A stretch of DNA of 50,938 bases. It comes from a candidate division WOR-3 bacterium (GTDB lineage Bacteria; Hydrothermota; Hydrothermia; LBFQ01; DSFT01). The notes beneath the pieces are model-generated. The model saw nothing but the letters and a program-made list of their open reading frames with translations, was not told where the DNA came from and ran no database searches. The stretch is taken from positions 1 through 50,938 of the forward strand of contig CBFGJN010000005.1 in assembly GCA_965649115.1 (NCBI GenBank), written 5' to 3'. The stretch's first letter is position 1. The number at the start of each line of letters is the position of its first letter. Below are positions 1-9,719 of this stretch, in pieces. The position numbers and the translations under genes were made by a program.

Positions 1-123
1 ATAATGAATAGTTTTTATAGTTATAGTAATTTGGCTGATTGAGGGGTTGATATGGGAGGGGATGAGTTAAAATATAGTGGGGGTATCCATAGGGAAGGTA
101 GAGGGGGAATTATTGGACAAGGC
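1..123. repeat. Degenerate remnant of the intergenic MITE-like family
   Basis: Ends in AATTATTGGACAAGGC (108-123), matching the family terminal repeat; remainder is G-rich and decayed. Confidence 0.5.
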
Positions 124-146
124 AATTATCTAAATTTTTTATCCTT

Positions 147-152
147 TAAAAT
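147..152 (+). promoter_or_regulatory. -10 box (TAAAAT) of a leaderless-type promoter for rpmA
   Basis: CTTTAAAATTTT 9 nt before the ATG at 162, no SD; the same motif precedes most operon-first genes in the window. Confidence 0.6.
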
Positions 153-161
153 TTTCGGACT

Positions 162-467
162 ATGGCAACACATAAAGGGCAAGGTTCAACTCAAAATGGA
201 AGAGATAGCAGACCTAAATATCTTGGTGTTAAAGTTGGAGATGGAGAAATTGTTAAAATTGGTAATGTTCTTGTTAGACAAAGAGGAACAAAATTTCATC
301 CTGGATATAATGTTGCAAGAGGGGGTGATGATACCCTATATGCTCTTACTAATGGAAGAGTTAAATTTGAGAGAAGGAAAGGTAAAGTTTTTGTATCAGT
401 TTATCCAATAGAAGAATTTAATTTATACTACGGAGGTAAGTATGCCAACGATAAACCAACTCGTTAG
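162..467 (+). CDS. rpmA: 50S ribosomal protein L27
   Basis: [32 protein letters not shown] signature; C-terminal extension overlaps rpsL. Confidence 0.97.
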   Translation: MATHKGQGSTQNGRDSRPKYLGVKVGDGEIVKIGNVLVRQRGTKFHPGYNVARGGDDTLYALTNGRVKFERRKGKVFVSVYPIEEFNLYYGGKYANDKPTR

Positions 468-825
468 GAATCCAAGAAAACCAAAAAAGAGAAAATCAAA
501 AGCACCTGCTCTTGAAGGAAACCCACAGAAAAGAGGCGTATGTATAAGGGTTTATACGACAACTCCTAAAAAACCCAATTCTGCACTAAGAAAGGTCGCA
601 AAAGTAAGGCTTTCAAACGGAAGAGAGGTTATAGCTTATATCCCTGGTGAAGGACACAACTTACAGGAACACTCAGTTGTCTTAGTAAGAGGAGGAAGGG
701 TTAAGGACTTACCAGGTGTAAAGTATCATATAGTAAGAGGTGTTTATGATGCAGCAGGTGTTGAAAAAAGAAGAAATAGCAGAAGCAAGTATGGGACTAA
801 AAAACCTAAGGAGGAGAAGAAATGA
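442..825 (+). CDS. rpsL: 30S ribosomal protein S12
   Basis: [29 protein letters not shown]; SD GGAGG upstream. Confidence 0.99.
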   Translation: MPTINQLVRNPRKPKKRKSKAPALEGNPQKRGVCIRVYTTTPKKPNSALRKVAKVRLSNGREVIAYIPGEGHNLQEHSVVLVRGGRVKDLPGVKYHIVRGVYDAAGVEKRRNSRSKYGTKKPKEEKK

Positions 826-1289
826 GAAGAAGAAGAGCACCTGAAAGAATAATAACACCTGACCCAAAGTACAACTCAGTCTTGGTTTCCAAATTTATAA
901 ATAATTTAATGTGGGATGGGAAAAAAGAAACAGCAAGAAAAATTTTCTATAAAGCATTAGAACTAATTCAAAAGAAAACAGGTGAAGATGGTTATCAGAT
1001 ATTTCTAAAAGCTATTGAAAATGTAAAGCCAGAAATTGAAGTTAGAGCAAGAAGAGTAGGAGGAGCCACTTACCAAGTTCCAGTTGAAATAAGACCCAAA
1101 AGACAAATTTCACTTGCTATTAAATGGATTATTCAAGCTGCAAGAAGCAGATCTGAGAGAACTATGATTGAAAGATTAGCTAATGAACTAATTGATGCTT
1201 CAAAAGGAATTGGTAATGCTGTTAAAATAAGAGAAAATACTCATAAAATGGCTGAAGCAAATAGGGTTTTTGCTCATTATCGCTGGTGA
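822..1289 (+). CDS. rpsG: 30S ribosomal protein S7
   Basis: [28 protein letters not shown]. Confidence 0.99.
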   Translation: MRRRRAPERIITPDPKYNSVLVSKFINNLMWDGKKETARKIFYKALELIQKKTGEDGYQIFLKAIENVKPEIEVRARRVGGATYQVPVEIRPKRQISLAIKWIIQAARSRSERTMIERLANELIDASKGIGNAVKIRENTHKMAEANRVFAHYRW

Positions 1290-2308
1290 AAGCAATTATC
1301 ATAAATAATTTTGGTGATTTAGATGTTCTTCAATTAGCAGATATTGAAGAGCCTAAAATTAGCCCAAATGAAGTTCTTGTAAAAATAAAAGCAGTTTCAA
1401 TAAACCATATTGATATTTGGATAAGGAAAGGAATAAACATAAGACCTAAATTACCACATATTCTTGGAGCAGATATTAGTGGAATTGTTATTGACAAAGG
1501 AAGTGAAGTTAAAAATGTTGAAGTTGGAGATGAAGTAGTTTTAGCACCTGCTATATCTTGTAATAATTGTTATGAATGTATAAGTGGAAATGACAATTTT
1601 TGTAAAAGCTATTCTATTCTTGGAGAACATGTTTGGGGAGGTTATAGAGAATATATAAATATAAGAAGTGAATTTGTTTTAAAGAAACCTAAAAACTTAA
1701 ATTTTATAGAAAGTGCAAGCTTTCCATTAGTATTTTTAACAGCTTATAATGCATTAATTAGAAGAGGAAATTTAAGTATAGATGAAGTAATTTTAATAAT
1801 GTCAGGAGGAAGTGGAGTAGGTTCAGCTGCTATTCAAATAGCTAAAAAACTTGCTAATGCCTATGTTATAACAACTGTTGGAAGTGATGAAAAAGTACAA
1901 AAAGCTTATGAAATTGGAGCAGATTATGTTATAAATTGGAAAAAAACTGACATTACAGAGGAAATAAAAAATAAATTTGGAAGGATAGATATGGTTTTAG
2001 ATCATACAGGAAAAATGCACTTAAATAATTTAATTAAAATTGTTAAAAATGGTGGAAGGGTTGTAAGTTATGGAGCAACGAGTGGCCATTTAGCAGAAAT
2101 TGATTTAAGACACATATTTTATAGACAAATTTCAATAATTGGTTCAACGATGGGTAGAAGAGCAGACTTAATAAAAATCATCAATTACTTTGAAAATGGC
2201 TTATTTAAACCTGTTATTTATAAAGTTTTACCAATAGAAGATGTAAAAGAAGGACATAGGATTCTTGAAAGTGGAGAAGTTTTTGGAAAGGTTGTTTTAG
2301 AAGTATGA
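1286..2308 (+). CDS. Zinc-binding MDR alcohol dehydrogenase/quinone oxidoreductase-like protein
   Basis: PHILGAD, CxxCxxC-x7-C structural zinc site, GGSGVG nucleotide-binding motif, GKVVL terminus; GTG start overlaps rpsG stop. Confidence 0.9.
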   Translation: MKAIIINNFGDLDVLQLADIEEPKISPNEVLVKIKAVSINHIDIWIRKGINIRPKLPHILGADISGIVIDKGSEVKNVEVGDEVVLAPAISCNNCYECISGNDNFCKSYSILGEHVWGGYREYINIRSEFVLKKPKNLNFIESASFPLVFLTAYNALIRRGNLSIDEVILIMSGGSGVGSAAIQIAKKLANAYVITTVGSDEKVQKAYEIGADYVINWKKTDITEEIKNKFGRIDMVLDHTGKMHLNNLIKIVKNGGRVVSYGATSGHLAEIDLRHIFYRQISIIGSTMGRRADLIKIINYFENGLFKPVIYKVLPIEDVKEGHRILESGEVFGKVVLEV

Positions 2309-3342
2309 ATGTTATAAATATCATCTCAAAGTACTCAATTTTAAATGGCTATATAGTTCTTGAAGATGGAATATATGCTTCAATTTCTATTTACAACGAC
2401 CTTAAAACAAAAATTTCAAATATTGAAGATGAACTTATTAAAAGTGGTTATTATATGGAAATTAAAGATATTGAAGGTTCAAAAATTATTTTGAGAATTT
2501 TTGAAGCACCAAAACCACAAAAACAAAATTACCTATTACACTTAATTTTATTTATTCTAACAATAATTTCAACACTTATGGCAGGTGCAGTCCAACTTGG
2601 AGCAAATCCATTTTCATCAGAAATTTTAAAAGGAATTCCCTTTTCATTTTCTATAATGACAATTTTATTATTTCACGAAATGGGACATTATATTCTTTCA
2701 AGAAAATTTAAAGTAGATGCTACACTTCCATATTTCATACCATTTCCAAACCCTATAATAGGAACTATGGGTGCAGTAATTAGAATTAGGTCTATAATTC
2801 CAAACAAAAAATCACTTTTATATATCGGTGCAGCTGGACCTTGGCTTGGGCTGTTTGTTTCAATTATTGCTTTAATAGTAGGTTTAAAACTTTCAAAAAT
2901 TGTTCCTCATAGCTTATCAGGTGAAGGTTTTACACTTGGAGAAAGTTTATTATTTAAAATAATTGCTTATTTAGTAATTGGGGATACTCAAAATCAAATA
3001 ATTATTTTACATCCAATTGCATTTGCAGGTTGGCTTGGACTATTTGTAACAAATTTAAATTTAATTCCAATTGGTCAGCTTGATGGTGGCCATATCGCAT
3101 ATTCATTATTTGGAAAATATCAAAAGTACATTTCAATTATTACTTGGATTTTCCTAATAATTTTTGGATTTCTATATTGGAATGGATGGCTTGTTTGGGC
3201 TATCCTAACACTAATTCTTGGTTTAGATCATCCAAAGCCTCTAAATGATTTTACTGAATTATCAAAAAAAGATAAAATTTATGCAGTCTTATCTTTAATT
3301 CTTTTTATTTTAACATTTATGCCAAATCCTATAAAGGTATGA
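2305..3342 (+). CDS. Site-2 protease (M50) intramembrane metalloprotease
   Basis: HEMGH and NLIPIGQLDGGH motifs, multiple TM segments. Confidence 0.92.
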   Translation: MNVINIISKYSILNGYIVLEDGIYASISIYNDLKTKISNIEDELIKSGYYMEIKDIEGSKIILRIFEAPKPQKQNYLLHLILFILTIISTLMAGAVQLGANPFSSEILKGIPFSFSIMTILLFHEMGHYILSRKFKVDATLPYFIPFPNPIIGTMGAVIRIRSIIPNKKSLLYIGAAGPWLGLFVSIIALIVGLKLSKIVPHSLSGEGFTLGESLLFKIIAYLVIGDTQNQIIILHPIAFAGWLGLFVTNLNLIPIGQLDGGHIAYSLFGKYQKYISIITWIFLIIFGFLYWNGWLVWAILTLILGLDHPKPLNDFTELSKKDKIYAVLSLILFILTFMPNPIKV

Positions 3343-4058
3343 AAACCGCAATAATAACAGGTGCAAGTAGTGGAATTGGTAAAGCTATTGCTTATGAATT
3401 AGCAAAGGAAAAGTACAATTTAATTTTAATAGCAAGAAGGGAAAATTTATTATCTGAAATTTGTAATGAACTTTCAAAAAATTACAACATAAAAGCTCAT
3501 TATATTGCTATGGATCTTTCTAAAAATAATGATTTTTCGTTTATAAAAAATTACTTTCTTGAAAATTTTGATAGTATTGATGTTCTTGTTAATAATGTAG
3601 GAGTGGGGTATTATGGAGAAATTGAGAAAATAAGTGTTGAAGATATTGAAAAAATCTTCTGGACTAACCTGTTTTCACATATTCTAATAACAAAAGAAAT
3701 TGTTCCATTAATGAAAGAACAAGGTTATGGAATTATTGTGAATATAATAAGTTTGATAGCTTTTTATCCTTTAAAAAAATGGTCATTATATTCTGCTACA
3801 AAATCCGCACAAATGGGATTTTTTAAAAGTTTAAGAAAAGAACTTTTTAGAAGCAAAATTAGGGTTATAAATGTCTATCCTGGTGCCACTGAAACGGAAT
3901 TTTTTAAAAATTTAGAATTACCATATAAATTCCCTAAATTAGATAGCCCACAAAAGGTGGCTAAAAAAGTTGTTAAAGCAATTAAGAAGAATAAAAATAA
4001 AGAGGTATTTATATCGCTTTGGGGTTGGCTTGCGCAGAAACTATCTGTTTGGTTTTAA
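3339..4058 (+). CDS. Short-chain dehydrogenase/reductase (SDR)
   Basis: TGASSGIG, NNVG, YSATK (YxxxK). Confidence 0.93.
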   Translation: MKTAIITGASSGIGKAIAYELAKEKYNLILIARRENLLSEICNELSKNYNIKAHYIAMDLSKNNDFSFIKNYFLENFDSIDVLVNNVGVGYYGEIEKISVEDIEKIFWTNLFSHILITKEIVPLMKEQGYGIIVNIISLIAFYPLKKWSLYSATKSAQMGFFKSLRKELFRSKIRVINVYPGATETEFFKNLELPYKFPKLDSPQKVAKKVVKAIKKNKNKEVFISLWGWLAQKLSVWF

Positions 4059-4563
4059 TTTCTTCCATCCAATCTTTTAAAATTTTTGCCCTTTTCTCAA
4101 TAGGAATATAATCTATCATCAAAATACCATTTAAGTGATCTATCTCATGTAAAATTGCTCTTGCCAACAATCCTCTCGCTTGAATTTCTATTTCTTCAAA
4201 TTGTCTCGTTTTTAAATTTAATTTATGTGCCTTAACAATAACAAATGTTGCTCTTTGAATTTTAACATATAATTCAGGGAATGATAAGCAACCTTCTTCA
4301 TCAACTTCTGAACCTTCCTTATAAATCAATTTAGGATTTGCTAAAACTAAAAAACCTTTCCCTTCCTTAACACCTTCCAAATCAATAACACATAATCTGT
4401 GAATTTCTCCAACTTGATTAGCAGATATACCAAGTCCTTGATAAAATCTCATTGTATCAATTAAGTCAAGAGCAAGTTGTAAAACTTCAAAATTAAATTC
4501 TTTAATTTCAATTGTTTTTTGTCTTAAAAATTTATCAGGATATATAAGAACTTGTCTAACCAT
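4009..4563 (-). CDS. def: Peptide deformylase
   Basis: GLGISANQ, EGCLS, HEIDH motifs. Confidence 0.97.
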   Translation of the reverse strand: MVRQVLIYPDKFLRQKTIEIKEFNFEVLQLALDLIDTMRFYQGLGISANQVGEIHRLCVIDLEGVKEGKGFLVLANPKLIYKEGSEVDEEGCLSFPELYVKIQRATFVIVKAHKLNLKTRQFEEIEIQARGLLARAILHEIDHLNGILMIDYIPIEKRAKILKDWMEEIKTKQIVSAQANPKAI

Positions 4564-4836
4564 TTATTTTACAACCTCACTTACTGCCCATTTCTTAATT
4601 TTTATTGGAGTGCCTTCACTCTCTATTATAAAATAATCATCTCCTACAATTTGTATTTCACCGATTATACCAGATGTTGTAATAACTTTATCACCTTTTT
4701 TTAAACTTTTTATCATTTCTTCTTTTTTCTTTCGCTCTCTTTGTTGTGGAAGAATAAGAATTAGATAGAAAATGAGAAAAATCAGAAGGTAAAAAATTAA
4801 AAGCGAAATCCAACTACTACCTGTTTGATTTTGCAT
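4564..4836 (-). CDS. yajC: Preprotein translocase subunit YajC
   Basis: N-terminal TM, PQQR..SLKKGDKVITTSGIIG. Confidence 0.93.
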   Translation of the reverse strand: MQNQTGSSWISLLIFYLLIFLIFYLILILPQQRERKKKEEMIKSLKKGDKVITTSGIIGEIQIVGDDYFIIESEGTPIKIKKWAVSEVVK

Positions 4837-4873
4837 ACTTCAAAATTTTAAAGCATAAAGTATAAAATATAAT

Positions 4874-5145
4874 GCTTTGCCTAGTAATTCCAAAACTATT
4901 TATTTTACTATATTTAAGCCTTCGGCTTATAAATACCCGTTTAAATCTATAATTTCCTCAAAGCTTTTATAAGTTATTGATAATCAAGGATTTAACAATA
5001 ATTACTGGACAAAGCAAAAATATAATGCTGTGTCTAATAATTCTAAAATTATTTAAGCCTTCAACTTAAACTTCGCCCCCCTGTAATCCCCCAATTAAAT
5101 CAATAGTTTTCTTAAAATTTTTATAAGTCATTGGTAATCAATAAT
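4874..5145. mobile_element. MITE-like cluster: internally deleted copy 4874-5015 plus decayed second copy
   Basis: Ends GCTTTGCCTAGTAAT..ATTACTGGACAAAGC; flanks TAAAATATAAT (4863-4873) and AAAAATATAAT (5016-5026). Confidence 0.8.
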
Positions 5146-5172
5146 ATAATGGCTTTAAAATGCCTAATTTTT

Positions 5173-6945
5173 TTAATCCTTTTCAATTCTCATAACTTCT
5201 AAGAATATCTCTGCAGGAACTTCAACTCTTCCCATCATTTTCATTCTTTTCTTTCCTTCCTTTTGTCTTTCTAATAATTTTCTCTTCCTTGTAATATCTC
5301 CTCCATAACACTTAGCAGTTACATCTTTCCTAATAGGAGGGATTCTTTCACTTGCTATAACTCGCTTTCCTATACTTGCCTGAATTTTAACTTCAAATAG
5401 TTGTCTTGGAATCAAATTTTTTAATTTTTCTACAATACCTCTTGAAACTTCATATGCTTTTTGTCTATTGACTACAAAGCTTAAAGCATCTATTTTTTCA
5501 TTAGCAACATAAACATCAACTCTTACTAAATCACTTTCTCTAAAACCAATAAATTCATAATCCATAGAAGCAAAACCTCTACTTGAACTTTTCACTTTAT
5601 CAAACAAATCAAAAATTATTTCAGAAAGTGGCATTTCATATTCAATTTCAACAAGTTTTTGATCGATATAAAATATATTCTTTTGTATTCCTCTTCTGTT
5701 TTGAAGTAATGTTATGATATTACCGATGTAATCAGATGGTGTTAGGATTTTAACCAAGACGTAGGGTTCAAATGCTTTAAGATAATAATCTGGAAAGTCT
5801 TTTGGATTGTTTATCAAAATTTCAGAGTTATCTGTAAGAATAACTTTGTATTCTACATTAGGTAATGTTATTACAACATCAAGATTATGTTCTCTTTTAA
5901 TTCTTTCTTTAAAAATTTCAAGATGTAAAAGTCCAAGAAAACCCATTCTAAAACCAGGACCAAGTGCTGGTGAATTTTCAGGAATATAGATTAATGCTGA
6001 ATCATTCAAAGATAATTTTTCAATAGCTTTTCTTAAATTTTCAAATTCTGATGGATTTATAGGATAAACACCAGCATATACCATAGGCTTTACCTCTCTA
6101 AATCCTTCAATGGCTATTGTTTGAGGATATTTTGCATCTACTATTGTATCACCAACTTTTGCTTCTCTAATTTCTCTTATATTGGCAGATATATAACCAA
6201 TTTCACCTGCTGAAAGTTTTTGAGCTTTTATTCTTCCTTTTGGATGGAAATAGCCAACTTCTATAACTTCATATTCTTTTCCCGTTGCTTTAAATAAAAT
6301 TTTCATTTTTGGTTTAATTTCACCTTCAAAAACTCTAATATAAGGTATAACTCCAAGATAATCATCAAATATGGCGTCAAAAATAAGAGCTTTTAACTTA
6401 TCATCATTAGTTTTAGGACTTGGAATTTCTTCTATTATTCTATCTAAAAGTTCTTCAACACCCCAACCATATTTTGCTGAAATTTTTGATACTTTTATAT
6501 TACCAATTAAATCTATTATTTGTTTTTCAACTCTTTCAACTTCCGCATTTGGTAAATCTATTTTATTTATGACAGGAATAATAGTTAAATTTTGTTCAAG
6601 TGCTAAATATAAATTTGATATTGTTTGCGCTTCTATTCCTTGACTCGCATCTACCAATAATATAGCACCTTCAACGGCTTTAAGACTTCTTGATACTTCA
6701 TAGTTAAAATCAACATGGCCTGGGGTATCAATAAGATTTAAAATATAACCTTTGTATTCCATTCTTACTGGATGCATTTTAATAGTTATGCCCTTTTCTC
6801 TTTCTAAATCCATACTATCAAGAACTTGTTCTTTTATTTCGTCTTCCCTTAGTGTTTTTGTAATTTCCAAAAATCTATCTGCTAATGTTGATTTTCCGTG
6901 GTCAATATGTGCAATAATACAAAAATTTCTAATTTTGGAAATCAT
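5173..6945 (-). CDS. lepA: Elongation factor 4 (LepA)
   Basis: IRNFCIIAHIDHGKSTLADR, DTPGHVDF, AKCYGGDITRKRKLL. Confidence 0.99.
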   Translation of the reverse strand: MISKIRNFCIIAHIDHGKSTLADRFLEITKTLREDEIKEQVLDSMDLEREKGITIKMHPVRMEYKGYILNLIDTPGHVDFNYEVSRSLKAVEGAILLVDASQGIEAQTISNLYLALEQNLTIIPVINKIDLPNAEVERVEKQIIDLIGNIKVSKISAKYGWGVEELLDRIIEEIPSPKTNDDKLKALIFDAIFDDYLGVIPYIRVFEGEIKPKMKILFKATGKEYEVIEVGYFHPKGRIKAQKLSAGEIGYISANIREIREAKVGDTIVDAKYPQTIAIEGFREVKPMVYAGVYPINPSEFENLRKAIEKLSLNDSALIYIPENSPALGPGFRMGFLGLLHLEIFKERIKREHNLDVVITLPNVEYKVILTDNSEILINNPKDFPDYYLKAFEPYVLVKILTPSDYIGNIITLLQNRRGIQKNIFYIDQKLVEIEYEMPLSEIIFDLFDKVKSSSRGFASMDYEFIGFRESDLVRVDVYVANEKIDALSFVVNRQKAYEVSRGIVEKLKNLIPRQLFEVKIQASIGKRVIASERIPPIRKDVTAKCYGGDITRKRKLLERQKEGKKRMKMMGRVEVPAEIFLEVMRIEKD

Positions 6946-6988
6946 ATTGTAGTGTTTAAATTTTAAAGTGCTAGGTTCAATAATTTTA

Positions 6989-7191
6989 GCTGTGTCTAGT
7001 AATTCTGAAAATATAATTATTTCTTATTTTGCCCGCCCACCCTGAAAATAAGGCTTCGCCTTATAAATACCCATTTTTCGGCTATGGGGGGCGAAGCCCC
7101 CCATTAAACCCCCCCATAAAATCTATAATTTCCTTAAAATTTTTATAAATTGTTGATAATCAATAACTTAACACTACTTATTGGACAAAAC
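6989..7191. mobile_element. Full-length 203-bp MITE-like element
   Basis: GCTGTGTCTAGTAAT..TTATTGGACAAAAC ends; internal GGGGGCGAAGCCCCC hairpin and TTGATAATCAATAACTTA motif. Confidence 0.85.
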
Positions 7192-7230
7192 ACGCTTATA
7201 ACTTCAAGCAAATTTTTTATAAAAAACAAT

Positions 7231-8157
7231 TTATTTAGAATACAGAAATGCTAATAAACCTTTTTGAGCATGAAGTCTATTTTCTGCTTGTTCAAAAACT
7301 ATTGAATTTTCACTTTCAATTACTTCGTCAGTTATTTCTTCATCTCTATGAGCAGGAAGACAATGCATAATTTTATAATCTTTTGGAGCAAATTTTAAAA
7401 CTTCACTATTTAATTGATAATCCTTAAAAATTTTTTTCCTTTCTTCTGCCTCACTTTCTTGACCCATACTTGCCCAAACATCTGTATAAATAAAATTACT
7501 ATTTCTTATAGCATAATTTATGTCATTTGTAATTTCAATTTTAGCAGAAGTTTTCTTTGAAATTTCAAGAGCTTTATTAACAATTTCCCTATTTGGTTCA
7601 TAGCCCTTAGGACCAGCCCATATAAATCTATTTCCAAAGTAGGAAGATATTAACATTAGTGAATGACAAACATTATTTCCATCACCAACAAAACCAAGTG
7701 TAAAATCATTTGAAAAATTAGTAATTTCAAAAATTGTTAGAAAATCAGCAAGAGCTTGGCAGGGATGTTCCAAATCTGATAATGCATTTATTATTGGAAT
7801 TCTTGTCCATTTTGACATTTCAATTAAAGTACTATGAAAATAAACCCTTGAAACAATACCATTAGTCCATCTATCAAGATTTCTTGCTACATCTTTAACT
7901 GGTTCTCTTTGTCCCATTCTTACGCTTTGATGCTCTAAATATAGTGCATATCCTCCAAGTTGAGTTATTGCTATTTGAAATGTAGCAATTGTTCTAAGAG
8001 ATGGTTTTTCAAATATAAGTGCTATCGTTTTATTTCTTAGAAGATTTTCAAAATAAAGTCCTTTTCTAAAATTTCTTTTAAACTCGTATCCTAATTTTAT
8101 AACTTCTTTTGTTTCATCAATAGAAAGGTCTAAAATTGACAAATAATCTCTTTTCAT
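7231..8157 (-). CDS. argF: Ornithine carbamoyltransferase
   Basis: FEKPSLRT, HPCQ, YTDVWASMG, MHCLP, EQAENR. Confidence 0.95.
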   Translation of the reverse strand: MKRDYLSILDLSIDETKEVIKLGYEFKRNFRKGLYFENLLRNKTIALIFEKPSLRTIATFQIAITQLGGYALYLEHQSVRMGQREPVKDVARNLDRWTNGIVSRVYFHSTLIEMSKWTRIPIINALSDLEHPCQALADFLTIFEITNFSNDFTLGFVGDGNNVCHSLMLISSYFGNRFIWAGPKGYEPNREIVNKALEISKKTSAKIEITNDINYAIRNSNFIYTDVWASMGQESEAEERKKIFKDYQLNSEVLKFAPKDYKIMHCLPAHRDEEITDEVIESENSIVFEQAENRLHAQKGLLAFLYSK

Positions 8158-8194
8158 AGCTTGAAAATTTTAAAGCAAGGGGTAAGTTTTTTAT

Positions 8195-8356
8195 GTTTTA
8201 TCTAAGAATTCTGAAATGTGGATTATTTCTATTCTTTGCCCACCCACCCTATATTTAAGCTTTCAGCTTATAAATACCCGTTTAAATCTATAATTTCCTC
8301 AAAGCTTTTATAAGTTATTGATAATCAAGAATTTAACAATAATTATTGGACAAATC
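8195..8356. mobile_element. Internally deleted MITE-like copy
   Basis: Right part nearly identical to the 4874-5015 copy, with the same internal deletion. Confidence 0.75.
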
Positions 8357-8410
8357 GGCTAAGAAACTAGCTAAATTCCAATCACCTTTAAATAATCTGA
8401 AAATAAGACT

Positions 8411-9718
8411 TTATTTATTAGCATTTTTTGCGAAACCTAATTTTTTCTTAAAATCTTCCATTTTATCAATTATTTCCTTGTTTATAGATGGTCTTATTTC
8501 GTCTAATGCTTTTTTAATATCATCCTCTATAATTTTTTCTCTATTACCATTAATTGCTATTTCTTTTGACACTTTACAGAGTTGATATATATCCGCACCA
8601 CAATAATATTCATTAGCAGTACCACTTTCATAAATGTTTTTTAATAAACTTGGTAATATATTTGTATTAAGTAGGTAGTCAAAATTATTTTTATTGTCAT
8701 AATACTTTTTTAGACTATTTTCTAAAATTTGTTTTACTTGTCCTATATCTGGTGGTGGCACATAAAATACTGCGTCAAATCTACCAGGTCTTAAAAACGC
8801 TGGATCTATCATTTCTGGTTGGTTTGTTGTCATAATTATAAATATGAGATTTTTATTGACCTCATATTCAAAAATTCTACTCCACTGAGAAAGTAATGTA
8901 GGTGTTACTCTTTGCATTACAGAAGAAGTTTGTTCTTCTCTTTTTCTTAAAATCCATTCTGCTTCATCTATAAATAAAACCCCTCTTTCTGATGATAAAA
9001 GTTCATTAAATATATTTTCAACTCTTTTCTCTGCTTCACCTGGAAAACCACTTATATCATGTGCTTTTATTTCAAAGTACTTACCATCAATTTCATTAGC
9101 AAGAGCCCTTGAAAACATCGTTTTACCTGTTCCTGGCGGTCCAAATAATAAAATTCCATATTTTGGATTATGGTCTAATTTTTCAACAAGCTCTTTCCAT
9201 TTATTCCAGTCCATTTGACTAGTTTTTTGAAAACTAATTTTCCTCTTTATGTAATTTTTAAGACCATCAAGTCCTGCAATATCATCAAATTTTATTTTGG
9301 TTCCAGGTTTAAATAAACAAGCATTTACAATTTCTTCAAACTCTTGGCCTGTAATAAAACCCCTTTCTGAATATTTAATTTTAATTTCTGAAGCAAGGTG
9401 GGGATACCTACTACTAATTAAACTTAAATAAACATCAAATTTTTTATCTGTCTCTCTAAACTTAACCCTGTAAGGAAAATTAACTTTATTATTATAGTGT
9501 CCAAAAATATCATTTTTATCATCATAATAGCCATCACTTTCTGCTTCATAAATACCCATAATTCTATAATCTTTATCCTCCTTAACAATCAAAATAGCTT
9601 GATCACCTTTTTTCACTTCACGAAGATAATCACGATTATCAGCAAAAATTTTATGTTCAAAAACCTTTTCAAGTGTATAAGATGTAGCAATAGTTATAAA
9701 GTAATTTCTCTCTGTCAT
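8411..9718 (-). CDS. EVE (PUA-like) domain fused to a classical-clade AAA ATPase; last gene of the cmr operon
   Basis: N-term VKKGDQAILIV..IMGIYEA..Y.D..IF..FPYRVKF (EVE-like); Walker A GPPGTGKT, Walker B LFIDE, SRH TTNQPEMIDPAFLRPGRFD; SD GGGAGG and 1-nt gap after cmr3. Confidence 0.8.
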   Translation of the reverse strand: MTERNYFITIATSYTLEKVFEHKIFADNRDYLREVKKGDQAILIVKEDKDYRIMGIYEAESDGYYDDKNDIFGHYNNKVNFPYRVKFRETDKKFDVYLSLISSRYPHLASEIKIKYSERGFITGQEFEEIVNACLFKPGTKIKFDDIAGLDGLKNYIKRKISFQKTSQMDWNKWKELVEKLDHNPKYGILLFGPPGTGKTMFSRALANEIDGKYFEIKAHDISGFPGEAEKRVENIFNELLSSERGVLFIDEAEWILRKREEQTSSVMQRVTPTLLSQWSRIFEYEVNKNLIFIIMTTNQPEMIDPAFLRPGRFDAVFYVPPPDIGQVKQILENSLKKYYDNKNNFDYLLNTNILPSLLKNIYESGTANEYYCGADIYQLCKVSKEIAINGNREKIIEDDIKKALDEIRPSINKEIIDKMEDFKKKLGFAKNANK

Positions 9719-9719
9719 A

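Noticed and set aside
52-411. 119-aa ORF overlapping rpmA
   Set aside because: Alternative frame of a clear L27 gene, starting in repeat DNA
8411-9718. EVE-AAA protein as the McrB partner of the orphan McrC
   Set aside because: Some McrB proteins carry EVE domains, but this AAA module has the classical SRH and lacks the McrB MNxxD signature
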